Shown: positions 38,071 to 47,296 of the stretch, piece by piece
How the letters are laid out: the number at the start of each line of letters is the position of its first letter
Position numbering within the stretch: the stretch's first letter is position 1
IMG/VR virus record: IMGVR_UViG_3300003320_000853
From: a virus
Taxonomy: Duplodnaviria > Caudoviricetes
Length of the DNA stretch: 64,000 nt
Strand: one strand, 5' to 3'
The notes under the pieces: model-generated
What the model saw: the letters and a program-made list of their open reading frames with translations, nothing else
What the model was told of the DNA's origin: nothing
The model's database searches: none
Made by a program: the position numbers and the translations under genes

Positions 38071-38288
38071 CCCGGCCCGCTACACCGGCGACCGCTGCAT
38101 GAGTACGCCTTGCAGTAGCAGCGGGGTGGGCAGGGGCAGATGTTCGGGCATTCGTTGGCGTGTTCGCAGAACAAGGGACTGCCGAACATGCCAACTTCGG
38201 GAGGATCCTCGGGAGGTTCTTGCGGGGTCTCCCTTGGAGGGTGAACCAGGTCCCAGAACTCGGTGAGGTCGTCGCCCGGGTCGCTCAT
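38061..38288 (-). CDS. Small Cys-rich protein with N-terminal tag (GDDLTEFWDLVHPP)
   Basis: GGTGTA 10 nt upstream, CEHANECPxxCPCxxxCYC. Confidence 0.65.
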   Translation of the reverse strand: MSDPGDDLTEFWDLVHPPRETPQEPPEDPPEVGMFGSPLFCEHANECPNICPCPPRCYCKAYSCSGRRCSGPGCS

Positions 38289-38308
38289 CCCCGCAGTCTA
38301 CACCCGGA

Positions 38309-38680
38309 CTAGGCGGCCGGCTTCACGTCGGACGCGGGCTTGTCGGTAGGCGTCGGAGGAGTGACCGGGGCGGGCGGGGGCGGAGCGGCAGGCGCCGGAG
38401 CCGCAGGCTGAGACGGGAGAACCTGGGAGATCCCGTGGCCGAGAAGACCCGTCGTGGCCAGGCCAGCGACGCCGGCCATGGCCGCATCCGCCCAGCTCTG
38501 CCCCGAGGCCTGAGCTGTGAGCGTTGTCCCAACGAAGGACGTCAGGGCCGCGATGATCTGCGGCCACCGGCCGGGCAGGGACATCCAGAGAGGTGTGATC
38601 GCCGGGGAGAGCACGAGATGCACGCCCACGGAGAGGATGGGGATGAGAGACGTGAGGACGTGGAGGGTGTTCTGTGTCAT
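38309..38680 (-). CDS. Small multi-TM protein, holin-like topology
   Basis: 2-3 hydrophobic helices plus Pro-rich tail. Confidence 0.5.
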   Translation of the reverse strand: MTQNTLHVLTSLIPILSVGVHLVLSPAITPLWMSLPGRWPQIIAALTSFVGTTLTAQASGQSWADAAMAGVAGLATTGLLGHGISQVLPSQPAAPAPAAPPPPAPVTPPTPTDKPASDVKPAA

Positions 38681-38703
38681 ATCCCTTCACGACCACAAGA
38701 AGA

Positions 38704-39678
38704 TCAGCCCCATCCCTTGGTCGAGGGACCGGGCCGGTAGGCTTCGTGGAAGAGACGCTGGTCGAGTGTGTGGAGGTAGTCTCCACGGTGTACGCCGGCC
38801 CGCCACCGTTCGGGGATGCCCTCCCGGCCGTAGAACGTGCCTGCCAGCGCCCCGGTGATGGCCGCCGTGGTGTCCGCGTCCCCAGCGCCCCGAACGGCCG
38901 CCATCACGGCCTCCTCGAAGCTCTTGGTGAAGAGGAAGCAGGCGAACGCGGCGGGCACCGTCTGGAGGACATGGCCCTTCGTGCCGATGCGCTTGAGGGT
39001 GGCCTGGAGATCGGTCGTGGGAGATTCGAGCAAGCTCTTGAGAAGATCCTTGATCTTGCTCTCCCGGAGATGATCGGCGATGGAGAGCATCATGGCGCTC
39101 GGCAACGCATCGAGGACACAGTCCTTCCCGTACGTCATCCGCATGTAGACCAGGAACGCGCTGGCACCCGCGACCGCTGCCGAGCCCTCTTCGGCTTCGA
39201 GCGAACGGTGCGTGAGAGTCGCCTCCTCCCGAGCGATGTCCATGGCCGCCTCGATGTCGCGCCAGAAGAAGACCCCGATCGGAGCACACCGCATGGCGGC
39301 TCCGTTCCCCTCAGAGCCGAGGATCCCGCAGTTTGCGGCGAGGCTGCCCTCGCCGTAGTTCGCCATCGCCTTCTTGATGGTGCCCCCCACGAGACCCTTC
39401 GGCACCGTCTCGTACCAGTTGAAGTAGTGCCGCATGACGTTGTCGGCGGTGAACGCACGCCTCTCCAGGAGGGCCCTGGAGAGGGCCACGCCCATCCCCG
39501 TGTCGTCCGTCCACTCGCCGGCCTGGAACGCGCCGTAGGCCCCGTGCGTGTCGCGGAATTCGCCCGTCCAGTCGGCAAGTCCCGGCGGGGGCTCCGTCGC
39601 CGAGCTGGGCTGCTCGAAGGGTGCCCCGAGCGCGTCTCCGATCCCCATCCCGAGCATCGTCGCAGGTTCGTAGCTCAT
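38704..39678 (-). CDS. ADP-ribosylglycohydrolase (DraG/ARH family)
   Basis: GDALGAP, WTDDT, GNGAAMR, TH, GDADTTAAITGALAG. Confidence 0.93.
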   Translation of the reverse strand: MSYEPATMLGMGIGDALGAPFEQPSSATEPPPGLADWTGEFRDTHGAYGAFQAGEWTDDTGMGVALSRALLERRAFTADNVMRHYFNWYETVPKGLVGGTIKKAMANYGEGSLAANCGILGSEGNGAAMRCAPIGVFFWRDIEAAMDIAREEATLTHRSLEAEEGSAAVAGASAFLVYMRMTYGKDCVLDALPSAMMLSIADHLRESKIKDLLKSLLESPTTDLQATLKRIGTKGHVLQTVPAAFACFLFTKSFEEAVMAAVRGAGDADTTAAITGALAGTFYGREGIPERWRAGVHRGDYLHTLDQRLFHEAYRPGPSTKGWG

Positions 39679-40058
39679 ATCTCATCCTCCCGAAGGATCA
39701 CATCCCATGCCGTTGGCTGGCGAAGCTTCGCGGTCTCCTTTCTCCGCCGAGCCTTCTCGTGCTTGCGGAGGTTGGCCACGCGTTCGTTGTCGAGAGCGAC
39801 CTTGAGGGCCTCCCGCTGAACCTCAAGGTTCGCGACCAGCTCTTCGGGCGCGACCTCTTGGGGATCGACGAAGACCAAGGGGCTCGGCGGCGTCCAGCCG
39901 TGCGGCTTGCGGATCACGCGGGTCAAGACCCGATAGTGCTCGGCGACCTCGATGCTCTTGCGAATCGCGTACGACTCGTGGTGCGAGACGTAGCCTGCAT
40001 GGTCGATCCAACCCCGGCGGCGATCCCAGGATTGTGGACAGTAGTACCTAGCGGCCAC
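39675..40058 (-). CDS. Hypothetical protein with C-terminal tag (QPTAWDVILREDEI)
   Basis: GGTGTA 10 nt before GTG, tag. Confidence 0.7.
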   Translation of the reverse strand: MAARYYCPQSWDRRRGWIDHAGYVSHHESYAIRKSIEVAEHYRVLTRVIRKPHGWTPPSPLVFVDPQEVAPEELVANLEVQREALKVALDNERVANLRKHEKARRRKETAKLRQPTAWDVILREDEI

Positions 40059-40067
40059 GCAGAACCC

Positions 40068-40241
40068 TTACACCGACCGTCGCTTCTTCTTGGGGTTGCC
40101 GGTCATCTTGACCCCCCGAGGGGCGCTGCGGAGCTTGTTGCAGCCCGCGCACAGGGGAACGGTCGTACCGTTGTTGGTGGTGACGGCTGGAGCCTGGTTA
40201 CATGCCAGGCATACTGTTCCTGGAGGGGTCGTCTGGGTCAT
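40068..40241 (-). CDS. Small Zn-finger basic protein
   Basis: CLAC...LCAGC, ends GTG-TAA inside the next promoter motif. Confidence 0.55.
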   Translation of the reverse strand: MTQTTPPGTVCLACNQAPAVTTNNGTTVPLCAGCNKLRSAPRGVKMTGNPKKKRRSV

Positions 40242-40458
40242 ACGGCACCCTACCATGGGTCGCCCTCTTCGTGTACATCCCGAGGATGTCGCCGGGACCG
40301 AAAAGAACGAACACCCCGAAAGCAAGATCGAGTGCACCGACGAGCGCGAAGATCACGCGGAAGGCAGGGGACTCGGTCTCCAAGACAACCCAGAAAGCCG
40401 CGAACGAGCAGAGAGACGACACACAGCCGACCAGGCGGATCAGCTTGAGCAGCTTCAT
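40198..40458 (-). CDS. Small 2-TM membrane protein
   Basis: Two hydrophobic helices, GGTGTA 10 nt upstream. Confidence 0.6.
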   Translation of the reverse strand: MKLLKLIRLVGCVSSLCSFAAFWVVLETESPAFRVIFALVGALDLAFGVFVLFGPGDILGMYTKRATHGRVPYDPDDPSRNSMPGM

Positions 40459-40467
40459 GAAGGCGCC

Positions 40468-41295
40468 TTACACCGCGTCGAGGTTTACCCCCGCATTGGC
40501 CGCGCACCGCTCGATGATCTCCCGAGCATCTTCAGCGTACCGGGTGTCGAAATCCCCAGCCTTGAAGGAGCGCCAAACAATTTCAATGTGAATGGTCGAG
40601 AGGCCAAGGACGCTATCGGCCCGCCAGTCCTCGACCCCGGCGTTGACGAGCGTGTTGTACTCGGGGCTGATCTCGTAGACGGGCTTGAACTCCGGGTGCG
40701 TGCGCTCGAACTCCTGGAGGCGCTCTTCGATCGTTGGGGCTGGGTCGAGCACAGCGATCTGTCCCGTGGGCGGGAGGACGAGGAGCATCTTCTTCCTCCC
40801 CTCGGGAGGACTCTCGCCCTCCCACGCGTACCAGCCGCGCTTGCCTCCCCAGCGTTTCCAGATCGCCACGGTATCCCACCGGACGAGCCATCCGTAGCGG
40901 CACTGCCGAAGGCCGCCGATGATGCGGTAGGGACCGCCACCCATCAGCTTGAGGTAGCGTTCGGCGAGCGCGTAGGCTGTGCGACCACCGAAGACGTCGA
41001 CTTCGCGCAGACTTTCGAGGTCGTAGGGCTTGCTATTCGACGTCGTCTCGCCGCGGTCTTCCTTGATGACTCGCGCGAGCATGTGCGAGAAGCACAGGGC
41101 GAAATCCTTGGCCGCCTCGAAGGTCGCGAACGGCTTGTGGACGTTCAAATCCATCATGCCGAACCCGACGTCGTAGCCGCCCGGCTCGAAGTCCGGGTGG
41201 CACCTGAAGTCGTTGCCGGAGGCGAGGTTGCCGAGGCAGCGATGGATGTGGATGTGACGGGCGGCGGATGCCTTGGGATCGAGCTGGTCGGTCAT
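40468..41295 (-). CDS. Hypothetical protein
   Basis: Good ORF, ends GTG-TAA. Confidence 0.65.
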   Translation of the reverse strand: MTDQLDPKASAARHIHIHRCLGNLASGNDFRCHPDFEPGGYDVGFGMMDLNVHKPFATFEAAKDFALCFSHMLARVIKEDRGETTSNSKPYDLESLREVDVFGGRTAYALAERYLKLMGGGPYRIIGGLRQCRYGWLVRWDTVAIWKRWGGKRGWYAWEGESPPEGRKKMLLVLPPTGQIAVLDPAPTIEERLQEFERTHPEFKPVYEISPEYNTLVNAGVEDWRADSVLGLSTIHIEIVWRSFKAGDFDTRYAEDAREIIERCAANAGVNLDAV

Positions 41296-41298
41296 GGC

Positions 41299-41631
41299 TC
41301 AAGCGTACCGGAGGAAGGCCAGAAGGGCATCCGTATGCGTCCGAATCGCAGAAGCTCTTGCCCATGCGTCGGATCCTGGATTCCCGGAGGAGGAAGGGAT
41401 GCGATCCAGCATGACTTCCATGGCTCTCAACCTTTCGGGGTCGTGCTGAATCCGGAAGAGGCCCTGCCGGATTGTTTCCCTGATTCCATCTCCGGCAGGG
41501 CCGTAGACCCTCGCGATCTTGGAGAGCCAAGAGGGCAAGGAAGCCATGCTCGTCCGCTCTGCCTCGATCGTCGAGGCGTCGTAGGAGTAGCCGAGATCCC
41601 TACAGAGGCGCGGGAACGTGGTCGAGGCCAT
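41299..41631 (-). CDS. Hypothetical protein (MASTTFPRLC...)
   Basis: Starts right after upstream stop. Confidence 0.6.
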   Translation of the reverse strand: MASTTFPRLCRDLGYSYDASTIEAERTSMASLPSWLSKIARVYGPAGDGIRETIRQGLFRIQHDPERLRAMEVMLDRIPSSSGNPGSDAWARASAIRTHTDALLAFLRYA

Positions 41632-41633
41632 GA

Positions 41634-42479
41634 TCAGGCGGCGAGCGGAGCGACGCGCTGAAAGAGCGCCCTGTTGGCGTTGGGGTCGGTGGTCTTGAGG
41701 AAGGCCGACTTGGGGAACTTCCAGTCGCCGTTGTCGGCGGAGCCCGTGAACTTCGCTCCGACGACGGACTCGGCGATGAAGGGCTTCAGGGCCGGCGCCA
41801 TGTCCCGATCGCGGAAGTAGACGGTTGCTGCATTCGTCGGGGTCCCGAGGTTCGACCCCACTACCAGGCTGTGATCGACCTTCACCTGGGTACCGAGACG
41901 GGGCGGGCGGCCATCGTGGGCGTCGAGTCCGGGGAGGAAGAAGGAGAACGGGTCGTTCGGCTCGTACCACCACATCATCGGCTCCGCATCGACGGAGCCG
42001 TTCCAGCAACACAGGGCGAACTGCCAGGCGGTGCCGGGATAGAACTTCGCGTAGGCGTCGAAGATCGCCTGGTTCACCTTCGGGCGCTGCGCTGAGGGGA
42101 CGAACCGGATCGCGGACGGGATGTCCGCGGCGTTCTCCGCCAAGACGATGTGGTAGGATCCGGCGGCGAAGACCTGGATGCCGCCCCGAGCGGTATAGCT
42201 GGGGGAGTCGAGCCCCTTCGAAAGGCTGCGGGTCCGCCTCACGAGGGTCTCGGCGTAGTCCTTGAGGAGCCGCTTGGCGCTTGTCGTGTCGACGACGTTG
42301 GCGGGACCCATCGGCACCGAACTCGGGAACGGGAGCAGCATGGCGTTGGGACCGGCGAGCGACTGCGCCTTGTTCTGGTAGCCGGCGACGTGGATCAGCT
42401 TGCCGGTCTCGGGATGGTTTGTCTCGATGCACGATACGATCGTGTCGGACAACACGGCGGGTTCGAGCGAGCAGCACAT
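41634..42479 (-). CDS. Conserved-looking hypothetical protein
   Basis: MCC start, YQNxA..NAMLLPFP, GSYHIVLA, DAHDG..DH, AAGGAG RBS. Confidence 0.75.
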   Translation of the reverse strand: MCCSLEPAVLSDTIVSCIETNHPETGKLIHVAGYQNKAQSLAGPNAMLLPFPSSVPMGPANVVDTTSAKRLLKDYAETLVRRTRSLSKGLDSPSYTARGGIQVFAAGSYHIVLAENAADIPSAIRFVPSAQRPKVNQAIFDAYAKFYPGTAWQFALCCWNGSVDAEPMMWWYEPNDPFSFFLPGLDAHDGRPPRLGTQVKVDHSLVVGSNLGTPTNAATVYFRDRDMAPALKPFIAESVVGAKFTGSADNGDWKFPKSAFLKTTDPNANRALFQRVAPLAA

Positions 42480-42506
42480 GGGTTGGGGATCTCCTTCTGG
42501 GGGTCC

Positions 42507-43457
42507 TTACACCGCCCGGTGAGCTTCCGGGAGCGCGTCCTCGGGCACTGCGGCCGGGATCTCGTCGAAATCCGCGATCCTGGTCGAGGAGTCGACGTTG
42601 GCCACGAGGAGCCGCTGCGTGACCTTCTCGCGGGTGCGCTCGATGTCCGTGCCTTCGGGGGCAAACCGGCCGTCGACGTTCCGACGAGACATCTGGAATC
42701 CGTCCGTGATGTCCCGGAGGTCGAACCGAGTCTTCGACGTGCGGCCGGAGAGCATGTTGCGCTTGGCCTGGCCCGCGAGCATCCGGTACTCGGCCGCGAT
42801 CCCGTTGAGGGCGTCGTAGTCCCTCTGGAGGCGCTCGAAGAGGTCGCTGTTCGTGATGGCGAGCGTAATGATCGCCACGGCTGCACCGATGCCAGTCGCG
42901 ACGAAGCGGAACGAGTCCGGAGCCCACCCGTAGTGGTGAAGCGTCGCCAGAAGGGGGATGATCCCCACCATCAGGATGAAGAGGGCCGGCTGGCGGATCG
43001 CCCGCAACAGGGTTCTCTGATCCCACACGGACCGCGCCTTCTGGGCGGCGATGTCCGCGTACGTGGCGCACTCGATCTCCATGTCTTGGAAGTAGGACAG
43101 GAAGTGCGCCCGATCGGTTGCAGATGGGGCCTCGGCGAGGGCAGCTTCCCGCGCCTCCTTCAGGCACGAGACCTTCAGCTCGGCGATGGTCGCCTGGCGT
43201 ACCTCTTCCTTGACCGAGGCGAGCAGGGTCGGGCGCATCTCGTTCTCGACGCTCTTGCGGAGGTCGGGGAGAAGCTCCTCGCGCACCTCCTTCTTGACCT
43301 CGGCACGGATCTGCGCCCGCTCCTGCGTCCGTGTCGCCTCCTGGATCTCCGGCTCGATCCGCTTGCGGATGATGGCCCGAAGAGTGTCATACATGGCGGG
43401 GTCGAGGCCGAAGCGCTTTGCCTCGTCAGTCAGGTCTTTCAGGGAAAATTCGGTCAT
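42507..43457 (-). CDS. Coiled-coil plus 2-TM membrane protein
   Basis: E/K-rich repeats then two TM helices, GGTGTA 10 nt upstream. Confidence 0.7.
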   Translation of the reverse strand: MTEFSLKDLTDEAKRFGLDPAMYDTLRAIIRKRIEPEIQEATRTQERAQIRAEVKKEVREELLPDLRKSVENEMRPTLLASVKEEVRQATIAELKVSCLKEAREAALAEAPSATDRAHFLSYFQDMEIECATYADIAAQKARSVWDQRTLLRAIRQPALFILMVGIIPLLATLHHYGWAPDSFRFVATGIGAAVAIITLAITNSDLFERLQRDYDALNGIAAEYRMLAGQAKRNMLSGRTSKTRFDLRDITDGFQMSRRNVDGRFAPEGTDIERTREKVTQRLLVANVDSSTRIADFDEIPAAVPEDALPEAHRAV

Positions 43458-43475
43458 GTCCCCCAGGTACACCAA

Positions 43476-44132
43476 CTAACCCTTGAGCTTCCGTAGGTAC
43501 TCGGCGTATGGGGCGTCCTCAGCAGCCTTGTAGGCCCGCGCCTCGGCATCCTCCTTGCGAGCATGCTCCCTGGCGAGGCGCGCGGTCATCTCCTCCAACT
43601 CCGGGGCCAGGGTCTCCAACTTCTCCCACCAAGGTCCATCGCGCCAACCCTCATTCGAGCGGCATCCGTTGCCCCTCCAGATGAGGATCCGGGTGTTTGG
43701 CACAGGATCCCAACCATAGGAGATACGGCTGGTATAGTAGGTGTCGAACCCCAGGAAGGAATCCTGCCTCACAGGGAAGCCCGGGATCCCGATGTCGATC
43801 TGGGTGATGCCGTCGTATTTCCTGACCCCAAGGTGGAATTCTCCCCACTCCCAGAAAGCCTCGTCGCAGCCCTTGCGGTTCTCGACCCGGTTCATGAGCG
43901 CATGCCATCCCCGGGAGTACCACGTGTTGCGCTCATCCCCTCCCTGAATAATCAGGCGACCGACGAGCTTCTTGTATTTGTCAGGAAAAGGTACGTGTGC
44001 AGGGCGTCCACCTTCGTGCCATGCCTTCCCCATATCATGCCAGAGAGGCAGAGATCCTTCGGTCGGAGGCGGGGGTAGGCTATCGTCGAAGGGGTCGTCG
44101 GCGAGGAGGTGGTCGTAAGATGTCGGCCGCAT
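43476..44132 (-). CDS. Hypothetical protein with the DPF-type tag at its N-terminus (MRPTSYDHLLADDPF)
   Basis: ATG 44132 right after upstream stop, tag. Confidence 0.7.
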   Translation of the reverse strand: MRPTSYDHLLADDPFDDSLPPPPTEGSLPLWHDMGKAWHEGGRPAHVPFPDKYKKLVGRLIIQGGDERNTWYSRGWHALMNRVENRKGCDEAFWEWGEFHLGVRKYDGITQIDIGIPGFPVRQDSFLGFDTYYTSRISYGWDPVPNTRILIWRGNGCRSNEGWRDGPWWEKLETLAPELEEMTARLAREHARKEDAEARAYKAAEDAPYAEYLRKLKG

Positions 44133-44134
44133 GA

Positions 44135-44635
44135 TCACTCGACGTAAGGGTTGTCTTCGAGGTCGGCCAGAGCTCGTTCGAGCGTCAGGTTGCCGACCTC
44201 TTGCACGGCTTTCTTGGCTGCATCGGAGACCGCCCCGAGAGCGCAGTAATGGTCGATGGAAACGATCCCGTGTCCCCCGGCATCCGGGCTCATCCGATTG
44301 AGTCTCTTGCCGAGCGCTTGCCGGCAGAGGAGCGCCACATGATCGGCGATCTTCTGGAACTCCATGTGCTGCCGGTAGATGTTGCCGCGGGCGTCGAGGC
44401 ACATCACAGGGTTACCCCCCGCGACCTTGGTGACGATCATCGCCAGCGAAGGGCTGGCCTCGCACACGATGGTCACGATCCCATCGCCGAAGCCGAGAGC
44501 CCCGTTCGGGCTGATTCCATGACCGATAGCTGCGACGCCGATCTCGTGGCGAGCCTCCGTGCTCCCCCTGTTCTCGATGACGCGGCGGCAGTCCCAGATG
44601 AAGTCGTCGATGCGATGGTCGAGGCGGTCGGGCAT
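44135..44635 (-). CDS. Hypothetical protein
   Basis: GAGG RBS. Confidence 0.65.
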   Translation of the reverse strand: MPDRLDHRIDDFIWDCRRVIENRGSTEARHEIGVAAIGHGISPNGALGFGDGIVTIVCEASPSLAMIVTKVAGGNPVMCLDARGNIYRQHMEFQKIADHVALLCRQALGKRLNRMSPDAGGHGIVSIDHYCALGAVSDAAKKAVQEVGNLTLERALADLEDNPYVE

Positions 44636-44643
44636 GGTGTTCC

Positions 44644-44871
44644 TCAGAGGTCGATAGGGCCGATGTCCGGATCGCCCTCTCCACTGAGAATGACACCGAC
44701 TTCATGGCGCCGGAAGAGGCCGCACGACGACTCGATGCCCACGATCTTCCAGGCGCGCTTCCCCTGATGGAGAAAGGTTCCGACGAGCACCGGGGACTTC
44801 GGGAGGTCGGTGACCATGGCGATCGTTCCCCGGCCCTTCACATGAAATACAGCCGTGATTTTCATGGTCAT
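44644..44871 (-). CDS. Small beta-barrel protein (EF-Tu domain II-like pattern)
   Basis: ITAVFHVKGRGTI...IVGIE...VGVIL. Confidence 0.5.
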   Translation of the reverse strand: MTMKITAVFHVKGRGTIAMVTDLPKSPVLVGTFLHQGKRAWKIVGIESSCGLFRRHEVGVILSGEGDPDIGPIDL

Positions 44872-45221
44872 GCCGTCCAGAAGTCGTCGGTGGCGGGAGG
44901 AGTCACGACCCGAGGGAAGTTGCCGGAGCGGAGATCGGCAACGGTGAGGTGAATGACCGCCAGATTATCCTTCTCAATCATCCGTTCCAGTCCAGACGCG
45001 TCCCCCCACCAGCATTCGCACCCCCACACGATCTCCCCGCTGTCCAGGACGATCTTGGGGTTCTTCCTGCCGAGGCGGTGCAAGAAGGGGGTCATCGAAC
45101 CCCCACCTTCATCCGGAGGGACTTCGTCCCCAACGTAGGTGCCATAGCCGAGGAGATAGATCACTCCCTGACCCTCGCAGGCCACTGCCCCTACCCTCAA
45201 CCCAACCTCCGGCTTGCCCAT
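44868..45221 (-). CDS. Hypothetical phage protein (NPKIxLDxGxxVWGCECWWG)
   Basis: Distinctive motif, GGTGTA 11 nt upstream. Confidence 0.7.
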   Translation of the reverse strand: MGKPEVGLRVGAVACEGQGVIYLLGYGTYVGDEVPPDEGGGSMTPFLHRLGRKNPKIVLDSGEIVWGCECWWGDASGLERMIEKDNLAVIHLTVADLRSGNFPRVVTPPATDDFWTA

Positions 45222-45231
45222 GGTGTTTCCC

Positions 45232-45537
45232 CTACACCGGATCGTCGTCGAGGACAACGTCGTGCCACGTGCGCTCGTTGATTGGCCTTGCAGGGGGATT
45301 GCATGTGGGATGCCACGTCGCGATTGTCTCGAAAGTCTCCCGGCGGGCGGGGGCCTCTTCGAGGAGCTGGAGGTCGAAGAGGTCGAAGAGAGGCTGGACG
45401 AGCACCAGGCGGCGCCCGACGTGGATCGCGGTCACCATGTAGGTGACGCCGGAGTTGCGCAGGCAGAGGCCCTTGGACAGGACGACGATCCTATCCTCCG
45501 ACCAGGGCCAAGCGGGAAGGCCATGCCGTTCCATCAC
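45232..45537 (-). CDS. Hypothetical protein with C-terminal tag (RTWHDVVLDDDPV)
   Basis: Tag, GTGA overlap. Confidence 0.65.
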   Translation of the reverse strand: MMERHGLPAWPWSEDRIVVLSKGLCLRNSGVTYMVTAIHVGRRLVLVQPLFDLFDLQLLEEAPARRETFETIATWHPTCNPPARPINERTWHDVVLDDDPV

Positions 45538-45878
45538 GTTGCTGGATACCCGAGGGCAACACGTTCGGCCGGGTCGAGTTTGCAGAGCGCGAGCCGTCGG
45601 ATCTCGTCGATGTTGGTGACCCGGGGAAGGATAACAATCGGATCCCCGAGCGTTATGACGTTCCCTGAGCGACCATCCTCGGTCAGGATCTTGATCTCGC
45701 GGACGAATCCAGCCTTGCCGGCCGGTCCCGGTTGTGCCGCGAGGTCACGCGCAACCCGTTCGTCCTCGCACGCGCAGACGAGCTGCGTGTTGTCCTTGTC
45801 CCGGTACGTGAAGACGGCGAACGCGTCGAGGAGACGGTAGAGCGTTGGTGCCGGAGGGAGAATTGTCTCGTTGCTCAT
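45534..45878 (-). CDS. Hypothetical protein
   Basis: GGTGTA 10 nt upstream, ALxKLxxxERxALG tail. Confidence 0.7.
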   Translation of the reverse strand: MSNETILPPAPTLYRLLDAFAVFTYRDKDNTQLVCACEDERVARDLAAQPGPAGKAGFVREIKILTEDGRSGNVITLGDPIVILPRVTNIDEIRRLALCKLDPAERVALGYPAT

Positions 45879-45888
45879 GTTCTACCCA

Positions 45889-45914
45889 TACACCCCCGGG
45901 TCCCCATTGGTGTA
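45889..45914. promoter_or_regulatory. Divergent GGTGTA promoter pair
   Basis: TACACC 45889-45894 and GGTGTA 45909-45914, each 10 nt from an ATG. Confidence 0.75.
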
Positions 45915-45924
45915 TGAAAGACGG

Positions 45925-46656
45925 ATGGACAACTCATTCAATTTGGGGTACGACGCGGGGTTGAGTCGCGAGACGGTCTACCTGCGTAGGGTCTACGCTT
46001 GGTTGACGGTCGGCCTCGGCATCACCCTCGCCACATCGTGGGCATCTCTGACGCAGTTCGGCACCCGGGAAGTGAGCCTCAAGGGCTCGATCCTCCACGT
46101 GCCGAACCTCGTGGCCGACATGATGGAGCACCCGATCCTGTCGGCCGTGCTCTTCTTCGCGCTCGGGCTCGGCTCGCGGTTCCTGAGCCAGGCGCGGGGG
46201 GCAGGCGGTCTCTTCCTCCTCTTCTCCGCCTTCAACGGGGTCTTCCTCGGTCCGGCGCTTTTCGTGGCACAGTACAAGGCGAGCGCTGGGGCCACGCTCT
46301 CACCAAACCCGATCCTCCACGCGCTCATCCTGACGATCTGCGCCATGGTCGGGCTCACGACCTACGTGCTCACCACGAGGAGGGACTTCACCGCGTTGGG
46401 GGGTTTCCTGAGCAGTGGCCTGCTCGTCCTCATTGGCGCGAGTGTCCTCGGAATCTGGATCCACGCCGAGTCGTTCCACCTGGCGGTCGCGAGCGTGGGC
46501 GTGCTGGTCTTCATGGGGTTCATCCTGTTCGACACCTCGCGCATGCTCCACAAGTCGAGCTACGACGACGCGATCGGAGACGCGTGGGAGCTGTACATGG
46601 ACTTCGTGAACCTCTTCCTGGAGTTGCTGCGCATCCTCGCGTCCAAGAAGGACTAG
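45925..46656 (+). CDS. Bax inhibitor-1/YccA family membrane protein
   Basis: YLRRVYxWL, TRRDF, FMGFILFDT, LYMDFVNLFxxLLRIL, 7 TM helices. Confidence 0.92.
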   Translation: MDNSFNLGYDAGLSRETVYLRRVYAWLTVGLGITLATSWASLTQFGTREVSLKGSILHVPNLVADMMEHPILSAVLFFALGLGSRFLSQARGAGGLFLLFSAFNGVFLGPALFVAQYKASAGATLSPNPILHALILTICAMVGLTTYVLTTRRDFTALGGFLSSGLLVLIGASVLGIWIHAESFHLAVASVGVLVFMGFILFDTSRMLHKSSYDDAIGDAWELYMDFVNLFLELLRILASKKD

Positions 46657-46672
46657 AGCCCGGGGTCGCACC

Positions 46673-47167
46673 ATGGAAGAGGACGAGTTCCGGGGCGTCG
46701 GCAATGTCGTTAGAACCCCTGACGAGGATCTCTTCTCCGATGCCTGGGAGACTCTTCTAGGGCTCCCGGAGGCCGTATACGTCGTCTACCCTGGCTACTC
46801 TTGCGATGACATGGAGTTGTGGAAGCTCCGTGTCATCGGCCAAAAACGTGTCAGAGGCGAAGACCATTGGGTCTTCAAGCATGACCGGCCTCTCTGGCAG
46901 GGACCGGCTGCGTCGAGCCGGCGCGAAATCGGCAAGACCTACATCACTACGAAGCGGCGCTCCTTCCTCACCCTGGCCGGAGCCAAGGCGCAGTTCGAGA
47001 TCGAGTGGAAGAAGCACGTCGAACGGTACCGCTCCGAAGTTGTGCGCCTCACCGAATCCATTTCGACCTATCAGCGGGATCGGGATATTTACCTCGGTCG
47101 GATCCAGGCGACCGAATCCGGCCCGATCGATGTCCTCACCCTTATCGAGGCCGAGGACTCGAAGTAG
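46673..47167 (+). CDS. Hypothetical protein
   Basis: ORF, acidic N-terminus DEDLFSDAWETLL. Confidence 0.65.
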   Translation: MEEDEFRGVGNVVRTPDEDLFSDAWETLLGLPEAVYVVYPGYSCDDMELWKLRVIGQKRVRGEDHWVFKHDRPLWQGPAASSRREIGKTYITTKRRSFLTLAGAKAQFEIEWKKHVERYRSEVVRLTESISTYQRDRDIYLGRIQATESGPIDVLTLIEAEDSK

Positions 47168-47296
47168 AAAAATACCCTCAATTCGAGGGCTTGGCGAAAT
47201 ATTCGTCCCTGACAAATCCTCAATTTCACCACAGACTGCCCACAGGATCAGGATGATCTTCTGTTGCGGGGTCGAGCGGTGTAGGGTGACAGAGGC

